A stretch of 64,000 nucleotides of DNA from Leucoraja ocellata (Eukaryota): NCBI GenBank assembly GCA_036785375.1, contig JAWMAR010000005.1, positions 310,001 through 374,000 of the forward strand, written 5' to 3'. The translations under genes were made by a program, and so were the position numbers. The notes under the pieces were generated by a model. The model made no database searches. It had not been told where the DNA came from and saw only the letters and a list, made by a program, of their open reading frames with translations. Each line of letters starts with the position of its first letter. Position 1 is the first letter of the stretch. Positions 37,290-50,900 of this stretch are shown piece after piece.

Positions 37290-38920
37290 TTCGGGACGGT
37301 ATTGTCATTAAAGGTCACAAGGTGGTTATTCCTGCATCGTTATATGACGCCTACTACACTGCTGCCCACTCCGGTCACCCGGGCGCAGACGCCACCGTTG
37401 CCCATGCTCAAGGGCAATACTATTGGCCTGCTATGGCCAAGTACATTAAGGCTCGAGTTGCAGCGTGTGCTGCATGCAACTCCACGGCCCCTCACCATCA
37501 ACGACAGCCCCTGCTACAACAGCCGGCACCTGACATGCCCTGGTCTTCACTGGCTGCCGATATTTTTGAATGCGTGGGAAGAATTATCTGGTACTTGTTG
37601 ACTCATATTCGTCTTGGTTTGATGTGGACCTTCTTCCCACCATCACCTCGGAGATGGTCATCGGCAAGCTGCGACGTCACTTCGCTACTTTTGGCTCACC
37701 GGTCAAGCTTCAAACTGACAACGGCCGGCAGTTTACTAGTGCTGAATTTTCTGCCTTTGCGACTAAGTGGAACTTTGCCCACTACACTAGCAGCCCGGAG
37801 TTCCCTCAGAGCAACGGGCTGGCGGAACATGCTGTGCGCAGCGCTAAGACTTTGTTGGAGCAGTCTCGTTTGTCAAATTGTGATTTTTACCAAGGGCTTT
37901 TGAATTTGCGTAATGTTTCTCGGGATGGGGTTTTGGGCTCTCCTGCTCAACGGCTCATGTCTCGCGTCCTCCGTCCTCCTATGCCTATCTCTCAACAGTC
38001 GCTGACTCCTGTGGTTTGTCCCCCTGAGGCGGTCCACCGCCGCATCTCTCACCGCCATGAGATCCAGCGCCGGTCCCATGACAAGTCTTGTCGTCCTCTG
38101 CCTTCCCTTTCCGCGGGCCAGGTCGTTCGCATGCAGACTCCTACCGGTTTTTCTAAGCTTGCTACTGTTGTAGGGCTGGCTGACTTCCCTCGGTCCTATT
38201 TGGTGGATTACGAGGGTACTGTGTACCGTTGCAGTCGCCAGCATCTGCGAGCTGTCCGTGAGCCTGCTCCCCCGATCCATTTCCCGGACACGTCCTCTCC
38301 TTTGCCTGGCTCTCCCCCTCGGGCTGTCCCATGTACCCCTGCTGTCGTTCATGCGCCTGCACAACCTACTCCTGTGCCACCTGGATTCGGTTCTCCTGCA
38401 GTTTCCCCACGGTCTTCTCCTGTCAGTTCTCCCGTTTCGTCCTCCCCCTCTAGTTCGTCTCTCGCCTCGCCGGTTTCTAGTCCCCGACCTGTTTTGCTGC
38501 CGGTTCCATCCCCCCATTCTTCTCTGCCTTTGTCTTTGGGGGAGGGGAGTGAGGGTGCTGTACGGACCCGCTCTGGCAGAGTTGTGCGGGCCCCTGATCG
38601 GTATGGTGATTATGCTTAGGGTTAGGATGTTCACTTACTATTATTGTTATTTTGTGCAGGTCTGTATAATTACCTGCTGCTGCTGTTTATCTTACGGGAA
38701 GGGATGTAGATGGTTATGCATGCAACCATATATGTAACTACCTCATTAGCATATTGTCCCTCCCACATTCTATAGTATAACTGTAGTGTCTGCATGTTCC
38801 CTCCCTGTTAGGTTCCAGTACGTGTGTAGACCAGTTGTGGTTAGTACTGGAGCGTGTGTTATTAGTACTTGAATAAAGACTTAGTTAAAGGACTATGGAC
38901 GACGTCTAGTTTCCTTTACA
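37290..38920 (+). mobile_element. Gypsy/Ty3 LTR retrotransposon 3' fragment (integrase, PPT, 3' LTR 38705-38920)
   Basis: H-x4-H...C-x2-C zinc finger, LVLVDSYS, TDNGRQF, PQSNGLAE, RTRSGRVVRAPDRY. Polypurine tract followed by TGTAGA...TTTACA with AATAAA. Confidence 0.9.
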
Positions 38921-39799
38921 TTATGTTTCTAACTGCCTTCTAGAAGCAGCTGTTCCTGTACATCACTTTAACATCTGGGAGGTTCCCAATGTTGGGGGAG
39001 TCCAGAACCAGGGACCACAGTTTAAGTATAACGGTAGGCCATTTAGAACAGAGATGAGGAAAAACGTTTTCACCCAGAGAGTTGTGAATCTGTGGAATTC
39101 TCTGCCTCAGAATGCAGTGGAGGCCAATCCTCTGGATGCTTTCAAGACAAGAGTTAGATAGAGCTGTTAAAGATAGCGGAGTCATGGGATATGATGAGAA
39201 GGCTGGAACGGGGTACTGAATTTGGATGATCAGCCATGATTACAGTGAATGGTGGTACTGGTACTCCTGCACCTATTGTCTATTGTCTATTGGTTAATAT
39301 TTATAATGACCCCAAAAATTTTAACTTCTTTCTGCAACCTCATTTATTCTTGGGCATTCAAGACCAAAGATCCTAGAGGAGCAAGATAGACCACTCCTTC
39401 GAAATTCAATGGGCTGGCGTGTAGTACGTGACGGAACGTCACGGCCGCCATTTTTCAATGCGACACGCGACTTCCGGTATGCCACCCGCTGTGATTCTAA
39501 GCAAAGATTATAGAGCTCCGCTATAATCTTTGATCCAAAGCAAAGATCCTCGAGTATCTTGTAGCGGGAACAGCCCCCTCCTTTGCGTAGTTTCCCTTGC
39601 ATTGTATTGCTTTAACACACACTGCACAAAATTAAATTTAACGTATACATATTATATATATTTATATGAATGTGTGTCTGTGTGTGAGAGGCAAGTTAGA
39701 GATAGTTAAGTTTATTCTCATGGATCAGAAGCTACTTTGATTTAAATAATCACTATTAATTTATTTGTCTTGTAAGATGATATACATAAACCATAAAGG

Positions 39800-39945
39800 N
39801 NNNNNNNNNNNNNNNNNNNNNNNNNNNNNNNNNNNNNNNNNNNNNNNNNNNNNNNNNNNNNNNNNNNNNNNNNNNNNNNNNNNNNNNNNNNNNNNNNNNN
39901 NNNNNNNNNNNNNNNNNNNNNNNNNNNNNNNNNNNNNNNNNNNNN
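39800..39945. other. Assembly gap (146 N) next to an AT/AC microsatellite
   Basis: Run of N; (CATA/TA)n repeat at 39946-40070. Confidence 1.
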
Positions 39946-40075
39946 ACACACATACATATGGATACATTTATATGCATACATACATACATATAAACATATA
40001 TACATACATATATACACACATATACATATACATGCATATATATACACATACATATATATTTATACATATGATTAA

Positions 40076-41250
40076 CATGTAGAGGAACCAACGAGAGAGC
40101 AGGCTATTTTAGACTGGGTATTGAGTAATGAGGAAGGGTTAGTTAGCAATCTTGTTGTACTGCCCCCTTGGGCAAGAGTGACCATAATATGGTTGAGTTC
40201 TTCATTAGGCAGGCAGTGACTAGTGGGGTACCGCAAGGCTCAGTGCTGGGACCCCAGCTATTTACAATATATATTAATGATCTGGATGAGGGAATTGAAG
40301 GCAATATCTCCAAGTTTGCGGATGACACTAAGCTGGGGGACAGTGTTAGCTGTGAGGAGGATGCTAGGAGACTGCAAGGTGACTTGGATAGGCTGGGTGA
40401 GTGGGCAAATGTTTGGCAGATGCAGTATAATGTGGATAAATGTGAGGTTATCCATTTTGGTGGCAAAAACAGGAAAGCAGACTATTATCTAAATGGCGGC
40501 CGACTAGGAAAAGGGGAGATGCAGCGAGACCTGGGTGTCATGGTACACCAGTCATTGAAAGTAGGCATGCAGGTGCAGCAGGCAGTGAACAAAGCGAATG
40601 GTATGTTAGCTTTCATAGTGAAAGGATTTGAGTATAGGAGCAGGGAGTTTCTACTGCAGTTGTACAGGGTCTTGGTGAGACCACACCTGGAGTATTGCGT
40701 ACAGTTTTGGTCTCCAAATCTGAGGAAGGACATTATTGCCATAGAGGGAGTGCAGAGAAGGTTCACCAGACTGATTCCTGGGATGTCAGGACTGTCTTAT
40801 GAAGAAAGACTGGATACACTTGGTTTATACTCTCTAGAATTTAGGAGATTGAGAGGGGATCTTATAGAAACTTACAAAATTCTTAAGGGGTTGGACAGAC
40901 TAGATGCAGGAAGATTGCTCCCGATGTTGGGGAAGTCTAGGACAAGGGGTCACAGCTTAAGGATAAGGGGGAAATCCTTTAAAACCGAGACGAGAAGAAC
41001 CTTTTTCACACAGACAGTGGTGAATCTCTGGAACTCTCTGCCGCAGAGGGTAGTCGAGGCCAGTTCATTGGCTATATTTAAGAGGGAGTTAGATGTGGCC
41101 CTTGTGGCTAAGGGGCTCAGAGGGTATGGAGAGAAGGCAGGTACGGGATACTGAGTTGGATGATCAGCCATGATCATATTGAATGGCGGTGCAGGCTCGA
41201 AGGGCCGAATGGCCTACTCCTGCACCTAATTTCTATGTTTCTATGTTTCT
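40076..41250 (+). mobile_element. Young CR1 LINE with internal deletion (EN end joined to RT near 40208)
   Basis: Open 328-aa ORF SDHNMVEF joined to QAVTSGVPQGSV...KAGTGY; (TTCTATGT) tail. Confidence 0.88.
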
Positions 41251-41774
41251 ATTATTTTCCAACGATCAATAGATTTACGATCAGTTCCTGTGGATTGGAG
41301 GATAGCTAATGCTATCCCACTTTTCAAGAAAGGAGCGAGAGAGAAAACGGGGAATTACAGATCAGTTAGCCTGACTTTGGTGGTGTGAAAGATGCTGGAG
41401 TCAATTATTAAAGATGTAATAATGGGGCATTTGGATAGCAGTAAAAGCATTAGTCCAAGTCAACATTGATTTATGATTTTACAATGCATTTAAGCCTCTC
41501 CCATTTTTATGAGATGAATTCCTGGAATATGCAGGAAGTTTATTGTAACCTAGTGCTACTTGCCTGAACAATGGATGATATATCACTTAAATGCAATTGT
41601 TTTCAGTTGTGTGGAGAGACCTGTATATTGAAAATGTGTTTTGCCTCTAATATGTCAATTTACCTTAAATGTAGAAGAGCTTATTAAAATCTTCTTACAA
41701 AGACAATTAAGTATTTTCTATCTATCCTCTTTTGGACCCAAGGCATAGCAGAGCTGCCAACTCTCACGAAGAGG

Positions 41775-42040
41775 TAAGGGAGGGAGAGATGGAAGGGTGG
41801 GAGAGAGGGAAGGGAAGGAGATCGCGAAGAGAGGGGGAGAGAGAGAGAGAGAGAGAGATCGAGAGAAGAGCGGGGAGCGAGAGATCGAGAGGAGGGGAGA
41901 GAGAGATCGAGAGAAGAGAGGGAGAAAGAGGGAGAAGGGGGAGAGGGAGAAGGGGAAAGGGGGGGACAGGGAGAAGGGGGGAGGGAGAAGGGGGACAGGG
42001 ACAAGGGGGAGAGGGAGAAGGGGGAGAGGGAGAGTGGAAC
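41775..42040. repeat. GA-rich low-complexity / polypurine tract
   Basis: (GA)n and GGGGA runs. Confidence 0.9.
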
Positions 42041-43131
42041 GATAGCACATTATAACGCGCAGCCGTCCCATTCCGACCAAAGATTATAGAGCAGAGCTCC
42101 ACATGTATCTTTGATTGCGGCCGCCGCCACCGAACCCCCCGACCCACCATTGCACCCAAAGATGATAGAGCAGAGTTATATAATATTTGTTTGCACCCTT
42201 CTTCACGGCGGGCTTGTGATCTTTGCTTGTGATGTCTTGTATGTATGTGAGTGTTGTTTGCTATGTCCCTATGTTCGAGGAATATAATGGGTAACAGCCG
42301 CCCATTCTCGGACTCGAAAAATCTCCTGGTCACTGGACCTAATGTGTCCGCGGGCCATATTGTGCAGACTAATCCTTTACAAAACAAAACCAAAAACGTA
42401 CAGAAGTGTTAAAATTGTCTTTATTATTGTGGTGAGTAAAGAACTATTATAAATAAGTCTAATAACTTTCTAATGTACCGACAAATGTACCGACTAATGT
42501 TTCCCAATGGCCGTTGATGGGAAAACAGAAAATACCATTTTCACGACAGAATATCGACTGAAAATAATAAAAATATTTTCTCACCTTTCTTTTTTATTGG
42601 GGAACCTAAAGAATGACAGGTTGGGTCGTTTAGATTTACGATTAGAACACTTGATAGCAGAGCAGTGAGATGAAATTTAGACCAGGACGCCATGACAGTG
42701 TGGGGGAAGCTCAATAAATGCCTCGAAAAATGGCGTCGACGATCACACACGTCATACTACGCGTTTTTCGAGGAGTGGTCTATCTTGCTCCTCTAGGATC
42801 TTTGTTCAAGACCATGATACAACCAGTAAGTGTGCTCGCTACTGTGCACGATGGAGTATTCAGCAACATACCCCTCACACCTCTGAGGAAGTAGAGGCTT
42901 TGATACATTTTCTTTGGGATTGTATCGATGTGGTGGGCCCAGGACAGATCATCAGAGATGAGTATGCTCGGGAACATGAAGCTGTGGCCTCTCTCCTCCT
43001 CCATCCTACCGAGGTAGTCAGGTTAATGGACCCTTAACGTTCCCTCCCGAAGTCAACATTCAGCTTCTTGAAGCTCATCCATTATTTTCCAATATAAAAG
43101 ATGAATAAAACCAACTATAATTTGTACTCAC

Positions 43132-43476
43132 TGGTTACGTTGAGTTGGGTTCCATTCCCTCTGATATCTCCCCAAACTGTGCAGTAATAGACGGCAGAGT
43201 CATTGAGCATCACGTTTGTGACCGTCAGGATGAAGTTGCTGTTGGAGGCGTCTTTGAACGGCTGGAACCGCTCAGTGTAGCCGGGTCTCCTTCGTACGCT
43301 GCCTCCTGCCTCGTGTGTTAAAACCCACTCCATGTCCTGCCCGGGTAGTTCTCGGTACCAGTGGACGTCAGTGTTTCCCACTTTAGCATTCTTCATGGAG
43401 CAATGTAACCGTGCCGTGTGACCCTCAGTGACACGCTCCAGCCTCGGGAATTGGATCAGGATCGGAGGATTTGCAA
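43132..43476 (-). CDS. Gene B exon: Ig V-set domain 2 (V-J type)
   Basis: Acceptor ctttcaag, donor gtgagt, 345 nt, phase 1-1. Encodes ANPPILIQFP...ARLHCSM...VHWYRELPGQDMEWVL...ERF...FILTVTNVMLNDSAVYYCTVWGDIRGNGTQLNVT. Confidence 0.9.
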
Positions 43477-44078
43477 CTTGAAAGTGAAAATGTCATTACA
43501 TTAGCACTAATGTTGAGTTTGCTAAATACTTTACATTTCAACTTAAAATACATTCATCCTTGGTCATTAGATAACCTCATGTAAAAGTGAAAAAAAACCT
43601 TTGCTTCTGATATTAAACGCCACCCAAGAGGTTTAATAGCCTGATAATCTGGAGCTGGCTTGAAGGGCCGAATGGTTTACTCCTGCATCAATTGTCTATG
43701 GTCTATTGTCTAAAATGAATAAATCCTGAGGACTCAATGATCTTCATCACAGAGTTGAAAGGAATGGCATAGGAGATAGATATTAGACCGTTTTGTCGTC
43801 CCTTACCGCGCATCCTTTTGTTTCCTTTTCATCTCTGCCCTCTGCTCACCCATCTGCCAAGAAAAACCTCCCTCTTGTGTATCCTCCCATCACTTGCCGG
43901 GCTTTGTCTCACCCCACTTCTTATCCAGTTTTCTTCCCGCTGCTTCATTCAGTTTGAAGATAATCTGGTTATCACTTTCCAAAGTTCTAGAGATTTTGGA
44001 ATTGTTTCCGTACATTGGAGGGGAGCAAATGAGGCCTCATTGTTTAAAAGTGGAAGAAAAACTGTTAACTTTGTGAAG

Positions 44079-45405
44079 TGTGCGCATGTGCGGGGGCTCG
44101 GGCCGTGAGGCCTGCGGAATCAGCGATAATTTCCAGGGGTCTTGAAGATGTGTATTACAGAAATGAGTTGCTTAAAGCTTAAATAAAGTTTAAGTAAATT
44201 ACAAGTACTGTAAAGGTTTCATTTGCCTCACAACAATTTAAGCCACTCAATCTCAGAAGTGAAGCAGTGTGACATCGAGATGGAGAAACTATTGAAACCA
44301 CAACGCTTGTATCTAGATCCCAACTCACCTACTGCTGCAAAGGAATGGAAGCACTGGCTTCGTACACTAAATAACTTCTTTGATGAGTGTGGCGACAATG
44401 CACCAGACAAATTCAGGACATTAATAAGTTCTGTCTCTTATGATGTATATGATTACATAGAGGAATGGACAACTTATGATTCTGCTATTGATGTACAGGT
44501 ACTAAGCAGACTCTTCGTTAAGACACCCAATTTAATATTTGCTCGACACCTCCTTGCTACTCGTAAACAAAAACCTGGTGAGTCACGTGATGAATTTTTA
44601 CAAGAACTTCAAAGACTGTGCCCTCAAGCTACAGCTGATCAATATTGACAGGAACTTATTTGAGACTCTTTTATCAATGGTTTGGCATGGTTTGACAATT
44701 TGAAAACAAAACCTTGGATTTACAGTCAGCTTACAATCAAGCTTACTCATTCGATTTGGCTTAGAAAAATTAAGATGCTTATGGCTCATCTAATGTGTTT
44801 CTGCTGCAACTACTATAAAAGAATCTCACCCAAGTACTAATATGGAACAAGCTGAAACAATTTCTACTGATAAAAGTGCCCCTGCTGCAGCATATATTTA
44901 TTCAAAAAGGAAGTGTTACTTTTGCGGGGGTAATATTCATAATAGAGAGATATATCCAGCTTGAGAGGCAACTTTTAATAGTTGTAGCAAGAAGGGACAT
45001 GATTCTAGGGCATGCAAGTCCAAAGCAACGACTAAAAGTGTGACTGCTGCCATGTATATGCCTTCTTTATGTGCAATTACAGCTGCATTTCCTCAGAGCT
45101 TGTCTCATGCAGCTACAACGGTATCCGTCAATGGACATACATTTAATGTTGTACCCTGTACTTGATTCTGGCAGTTCAGAAAGTTTTATAAATGAACAAC
45201 TTGTGTCTTGTCTAAATCTAACTATAATTTCTTCAAATAGAGAAATCTCAATGGCTCTGACAACTCTCAATACACAAATTATTGGATCTTGTATTGTAGA
45301 CTTTATTCTGAACAAAACTAGTTAGAAATCTGTATGTCTTGATATTTTGAAAGATTTGTGTAGCGATATAATTCTAGGTCGGGATTTTCAGAAACACGAA
45401 AATTT
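44079..45405 (+). mobile_element. Gypsy-type element 5' part (LTR-like segment, gag, zinc knuckle, protease), decayed
   Basis: MEKLLKPQRLYLDPNSPTAAKEWKHWL gag; LDSGSSESFI protease; SDIILGRDF. Related inverted LTR-like segment at 47637-47764. Confidence 0.75.
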
Positions 45406-47273
45406 AATGACAACACCGAATGGATGTTGAACCATAAAGTGTTTGCTGATATTACAAAGCGGTATGGAACACCTGATATCGATCTCTTTGCATCCCGACT
45501 GAATCACCAGTTACCAACATATGTTGCTTGGGAACCAGACCTTGAGGCAGCAATGATGGACGCTTTTTCTCTGAATTGGGGAAAATTGTTTTTCAATGCC
45601 TTTCCCCCCTTCTGCCTCATCAGTCGGGTCCTACGCAAAATACAAATGGACTCAGCTTCAGGTATTTTGGTAGTACCTGACTGGCCCACACAGCCATGGT
45701 TCCCTGTGGTCCTCGACATGGTCACTGAACCACTCATGACCATTTCCAAAAGACCAGATCTGTTGGCCCATCCTGTTACGGGCGAAAGTCATCCGTGCCA
45801 TGACAGGATAAATCTGTTGGCTTGCAGAATTTGAAATGGCCTCTGTTGGATCTGGGATTATCGGACAGGACCATGAAGATGATCATGGCGGCCTACTGAG
45901 AATCCACCAAGAAGCAGTACCTCTCCAGCATTCGGAAGTGGGAAGCGTACTGCTCGAGGACTGGGGTAGCATACAGATCAGCTACAATTACCAACATCCT
46001 GGAGTTCCTATCCAGCCTTCACTTCGATGAAGGACTGAGTTACAGCACAATCAACAGTGCTAGGAGTGCTCTGTCAGCTTATCTATGGAAGGCACCAGGA
46101 CAGCAGTCCATAGGATCTCACCCTCTGGTGGCCAAACAAATGATGGGTATCTATAACACCAATCCCCCTAGACCAAGGTACACCCAGATCTGGGATGTCA
46201 GTGTCATCCTGACATTACTAAGGGGTTGGTCACCAGCCAGGTCCCTGTCCCTGGAACAGCTCACTCTATGCTGATGGCCTTGGTCTCAGCCCAAAGGGTC
46301 CAGTCCCTATACAAATTAAGACTGGACAATATGTCAACATCAACTGACAAGATAACATTCAGAATCTTGGAGCTGGTCAAACAGAGTAGACCGGGAACTT
46401 CGGGACTGACTTTGGAATTCCGGGCGTACCCATCTGACCCCCGTTTGTGTGTCATGTCGCATCTACTGCTTTACCTTAGGACAACTGAAGAGGAAGCGAA
46501 ATGGCATTATGGGTTAGCTTCAAGCAGCCTCATGGTCGGGTGTCAGTACAAACCATCTCAAGATGGCTCAGACAGGTTCTGGGGGCTGCTGGGGTGGATA
46601 CTGACATTTTAAAAGCTCACTCCACCAGGGCAGCAGCAACATCGGCGACCAGAAATATGGAGGTACCAATGGAATATATTCTGGCAACAGCAGGATGGTC
46701 TATGGAAAGGACTTTCCAAATATTTTATAACAAGCCGATTGCAAAACCTGCAGTGTTTGCAGAAAAAAATTTAAGTTCTACAAATATATAATTTAGCCCG
46801 AGGGAGCATTATTTTTCTTTGTTTAAAAAAGAAAAATCGTTATTGTTTTTAAAAAATTGATTCATGTTTAATTACGATAACATAATTCCTCCCTTGGATG
46901 ACTTCGGCAGTGAGTGAAGCATGGATTGTTCCATGGCTTGAAATCACAGATCTTTAAAATCTTCACATAGTCACTCACGTGACTCCGCAGTAAAATAGTA
47001 ACATTAAACGAGAACTTACTAGTTTGAAGTTTGATCTTTATTTTATGAGGAGTTACGATGAGGGATTACGTGCCCTCCGCTCCCACCCTCAATTATAAAG
47101 GTCAACTGGTATCCTAGTTCTTCTTATCTTACTATTTCTGTGATTCCACATCGCTGCTTTGAAGAATGACACGCATGCGTGCTGGTGGGGTCTTCACGTA
47201 ATCCCTCATCGTAACTCCTCATAAAATAAAGATCAAACTTCAAACTGGTAAGTTCTTGTTTAATCTTACTATT
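45400..47273 (+). mobile_element. DIRS retrotransposon 3' half (methyltransferase-like domain, tyrosine recombinase, ICR and terminal repeat)
   Basis: IDLFASRLNHQ...DAFSLNW...PPF; AHSTRAAATS...AGWS recombinase; ICR at 46960-47075 complementary to the element termini. Confidence 0.88.
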
Positions 47274-47937
47274 CTAGCAAATTTCCTATAAATGATGTCA
47301 AGCTATCAGTGGCGCAATGGTAGAGTTGCTGCCTTACAATGCCAGGCACCTGGATTCGATCCTGACTATGGGTACTTGGCTGTACAGAGATTGTCCGTTC
47401 TCATCATGACCCGCGTGGGTTTTCCCCAGGATTTCCGGTTTCTTCCCACACTCCAAAGACGTTAAAGTATGTAGGTTGGCTTGGTATAACTGTAAATTGT
47501 TCCTGGTGTGCGTGGGATAGTGTTAGTGTTAGTGTGCAGGGATTGCTGGTTGGTGAGAACTCAATGAGATGAAGTGCCTCTTTTCCGCGCTGTAACTCTA
47601 AACTAAACTAAAACAGTTGTGATGGAAATGAAAAATTGTGATTTACTTAAACTTTATTTAAGTTTTAATCAACTAATTTCCATAATACACAACTTCAAAC
47701 TGCCTGGAAATTATCGCTGATTCCGCAGGCCTCGCCAGCCCGATGCCCCACCCATAGGTACACATCATTCTTCCCTCCTATTTATAAGTTGAGACAGTCA
47801 GGAGGTTTAGTATGTCTCGTTGACTGTTGCAGCATCAGGAGATAATGGTGTTTCAATAGTTGGTGGTACATATATTGCTTGGTCATCAACTTCACTCATA
47901 TCGTTATTTACGTTTTCAATTTTAGAATTGCTTATTG

Positions 47938-50900
47938 GTGGTTTTAATATCTTGGTAAACAGTCTTGGGGCTATTGTTAAGCCATTAGGCAACACTGTAT
48001 ACTGCCATAGTTGCCCCATCCAGTTAAACTTTAGGTATCTACGATGATCCTTATGAATGGCTACTGAATAGTATGCATCTTTCAAATAGATGCATGCCAT
48101 GAAGTATCCTTTGGAAATTAATTGTTTAGCAGTAACAAATATTTCCATTTTGAAATGTATATACCTGACAAAAGTATTCAGTGTAGTTACGTCAATGATG
48201 ATGCGACACCCACCATCTTTCTTGGTTTTTGTAGAAATATTCAATACAAATTCTTAAGAGTCACATTCCGTTTTCTCTATGACTCCTTTTGCATGTAAAC
48301 TCACCAGTTCTGCATGTCCCTCGCATTTTTCCCTTTGTGAGAGTACAAACTCCCTGTGAGGTACATGTTGAACTGGTGGCATACTTTTTTGGATGAAATC
48401 AATTTTGTATCCCTGAATACTTTGTAGTATATATTTATCAAGTGTGATAGTCCTCCATGCTTCAAAAAACAAGTGTAACCTTCCCCCTGTTAGTACAGGC
48501 CCTACACCTTTTATGTTGTAGAAGGAACCAGACCCACCTACCTCCATGGTTACCGGTAGGGTGTTAATTTCTTCGGCCTCTGTTTCTTCGCTGGTCGAGG
48601 TGTGGGGTTGGCACATCTTCCATGAGGGCCGCTCTGGGCCCTGGCCTAAAAAAGACCTCCGGGGATGATGTGCGGCCCCCATGCACCCTGGTGTTGATGC
48701 CTGCTGGTGGATGCATAGGGGTGCTGCTGCCTGGGTTATGTGGCTTTTCTCATTCCTGGACCTGCACTCATGAGTCCAAGGGCTTTCGACTCTTCGTCCA
48801 GATCTTTGACTTCTTTCGCCAAGTCCTTCCCAAACAGCAGTATTTGTGGTTGTGCAGTTGCAGTTTTGCACAACCCTGCAAATTTGGGATTGAGGGCAGG
48901 TCTGATGACATCCTTCAGTAGGCAGTTTATCTCATACTGTGTGTTGCACAGTAGAGCCAGTGTGTCCTGCTAGTTATCGGTCATTTCGACCCCATCAACC
49001 GAACGAGCATAGGACATTATTGCTGATGTTAGGAGCTTTAAGATTTTCTGGAGCTTCACCTCCTGGGTCCTTATCACCAGCCTAATGTACCCCCAGATTT
49101 GGCTGTTAACGGCCGGTACATTTAGTGAGATGCAGTTCTCCGGAGGTGTATATCTGTCCACAATCTCATGTGTTCCTGCAGTGGGTGGAAGGACAGGTAG
49201 TCTACAATGGCCACCAGTTTCGACTGCAACGCCTTTTTGGAGCAGACCTTTGGAAAAGGGAACCTCCGTGCGGCTTGGCAGGGCCTCAAGAACATGGCAG
49301 CAGTGAACTCTGTCTCTACCAGCCGCAAGCCCATTCAGGTAGCAGGAAGCAGCTTCACTTCACTCCCGAATTATCTCAATTCCTTCTACACCAGATTTGA
49401 AAAGGACAATAGCACCCAGCTAGAATCAATCGTCTCCACACTCAGACCTGATGACTCCGGCCTCAACATCAACACATCAAAAGGACTAAAAAGAACACAG
49501 CTCCAGGGCCAGACAACATCTGTGGGCGGACCCTATGGCACTGTGCTGAGCAGCTGGGAGGTGTGTTCCAGCATCTGTTCCAGGGCTCTTTGACCAGCAG
49601 CACAGTCCCCGCGATGTGGAAAAACTCAACAGTGATTCCCATCCCAAAGAAGGGCACCACCAAGGTCCTGAATGACCTTAGACCGGTGGCTCTCACCTCC
49701 CTGATCATGAAGGCCATGGAGAGGATCATCAAGGAGCACATCACCAAGGCAACTGGCTCGATTATGGATCCACTGCAGTTTGCTTACCAGGCTGGCGGGG
49801 TGTCGATGACGCAAAAATATTCATCTTAAACACCATCCATAAGCATCTGGAAATCCCCAAGGCCACAGCCAGACTTCTGTTTGCAGACTTCTCATCAGCA
49901 TTCAACACCATGCAGCCACATATTTTGGCTGAGAAGCTCATCACCCGTTTCCACCTCAACCACCAACTCACTCTGTGGATTATAGACTTCCTCACCAACA
50001 GATCACAGAGGGTGTTGGTGAACCACACCTTGTCCGACACCCTCTTCACCTTCACTGGCTCTCCACAAGGCTGTGTCCTCTCCCCACTTCTCTTCATTCT
50101 CTACACTGATGACTGCAGATCCACCCAACCAAACTGCCACTTTGTAAAATTTGCTGATGACACAGTTCTCCTGTCTCTTCTTCCCAGCCACACACAACAT
50201 CACAGCTCAGCCCTGCAGGACACTATAGTGGTGTGAAAAGTCTTGTCTTGAGCTAAATATAAGCAAAACCAAGGACATGATTGTGACTTTTTCCCCCCAA
50301 CAGAGACAGATGGCTGAGGCAGCCACCACTATCATCCAGCAGGAGCCAGTGGAGATAGTGGAGGTATACAGATACCTGGGAACAGCCTTCGACAACCTGC
50401 TAAGGTTTTCCTCTAACATAGAGGAAATCCTTAAAAAGTGCCATCAGAGACAGTACCTACTCAGGAAGCTGAAGTCATTTGGGATTAACAAAGACATTCT
50501 CACCACATTCTACTACGCATTCATTGAAAATGTAATAACCTTCTCTTTCACTAGCTGGTTCCACTCCATCACCCTGCAAAACAGAAACCGCCTGTTGAAT
50601 GTGGTCAAGGTCTGCTCAAAAATCATTGAGCAGCCCGTCCGAACTCTCACTGCCCTATGCGACCAACAGTCTGTAAAGTTAACATGCAGGATTCTTCAGG
50701 ACCCCTCTCACATCCTGTTTCCTGAGTTTGAGTGGCTCCCATCAGGAAGCAGACTCGCTGTCCGGGTTGCCGGACACAGAGGAGGAAGGCAACCTTCATC
50801 CCCAGGGCTGTCCAGCTATTTAATGCTGATCACTGACTCATGAACATATGAAATGAAATAACCTTCTATATGCACTTTTTAATTGAAGCACTTAGGAAGC

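Larger units (their letters stand above)
39365..42804. mobile_element. P-element-like non-autonomous DNA transposon spanning the assembly gap, with nested CR1
   Basis: Perfect 34-bp TIR CAAAGATCCTAGAGGAGCAAGATAGACCACTCCT and 8-bp TSD TTCAAGAC on both sides. Internal CAAAGAT...ATCTTTG palindromes. Superfamily inferred from CA termini and the 8-bp TSD. Confidence 0.75.

Noticed and set aside
41684-42393. Pro/Ser- and Arg/Glu-rich ORFs
   Set aside because: Translations of a GA low-complexity tract.
45424-46791. Methyltransferase and tyrosine recombinase ORFs suggesting a phage-like or prokaryotic system
   Set aside because: Standard components of DIRS retrotransposons; frameshifted here.
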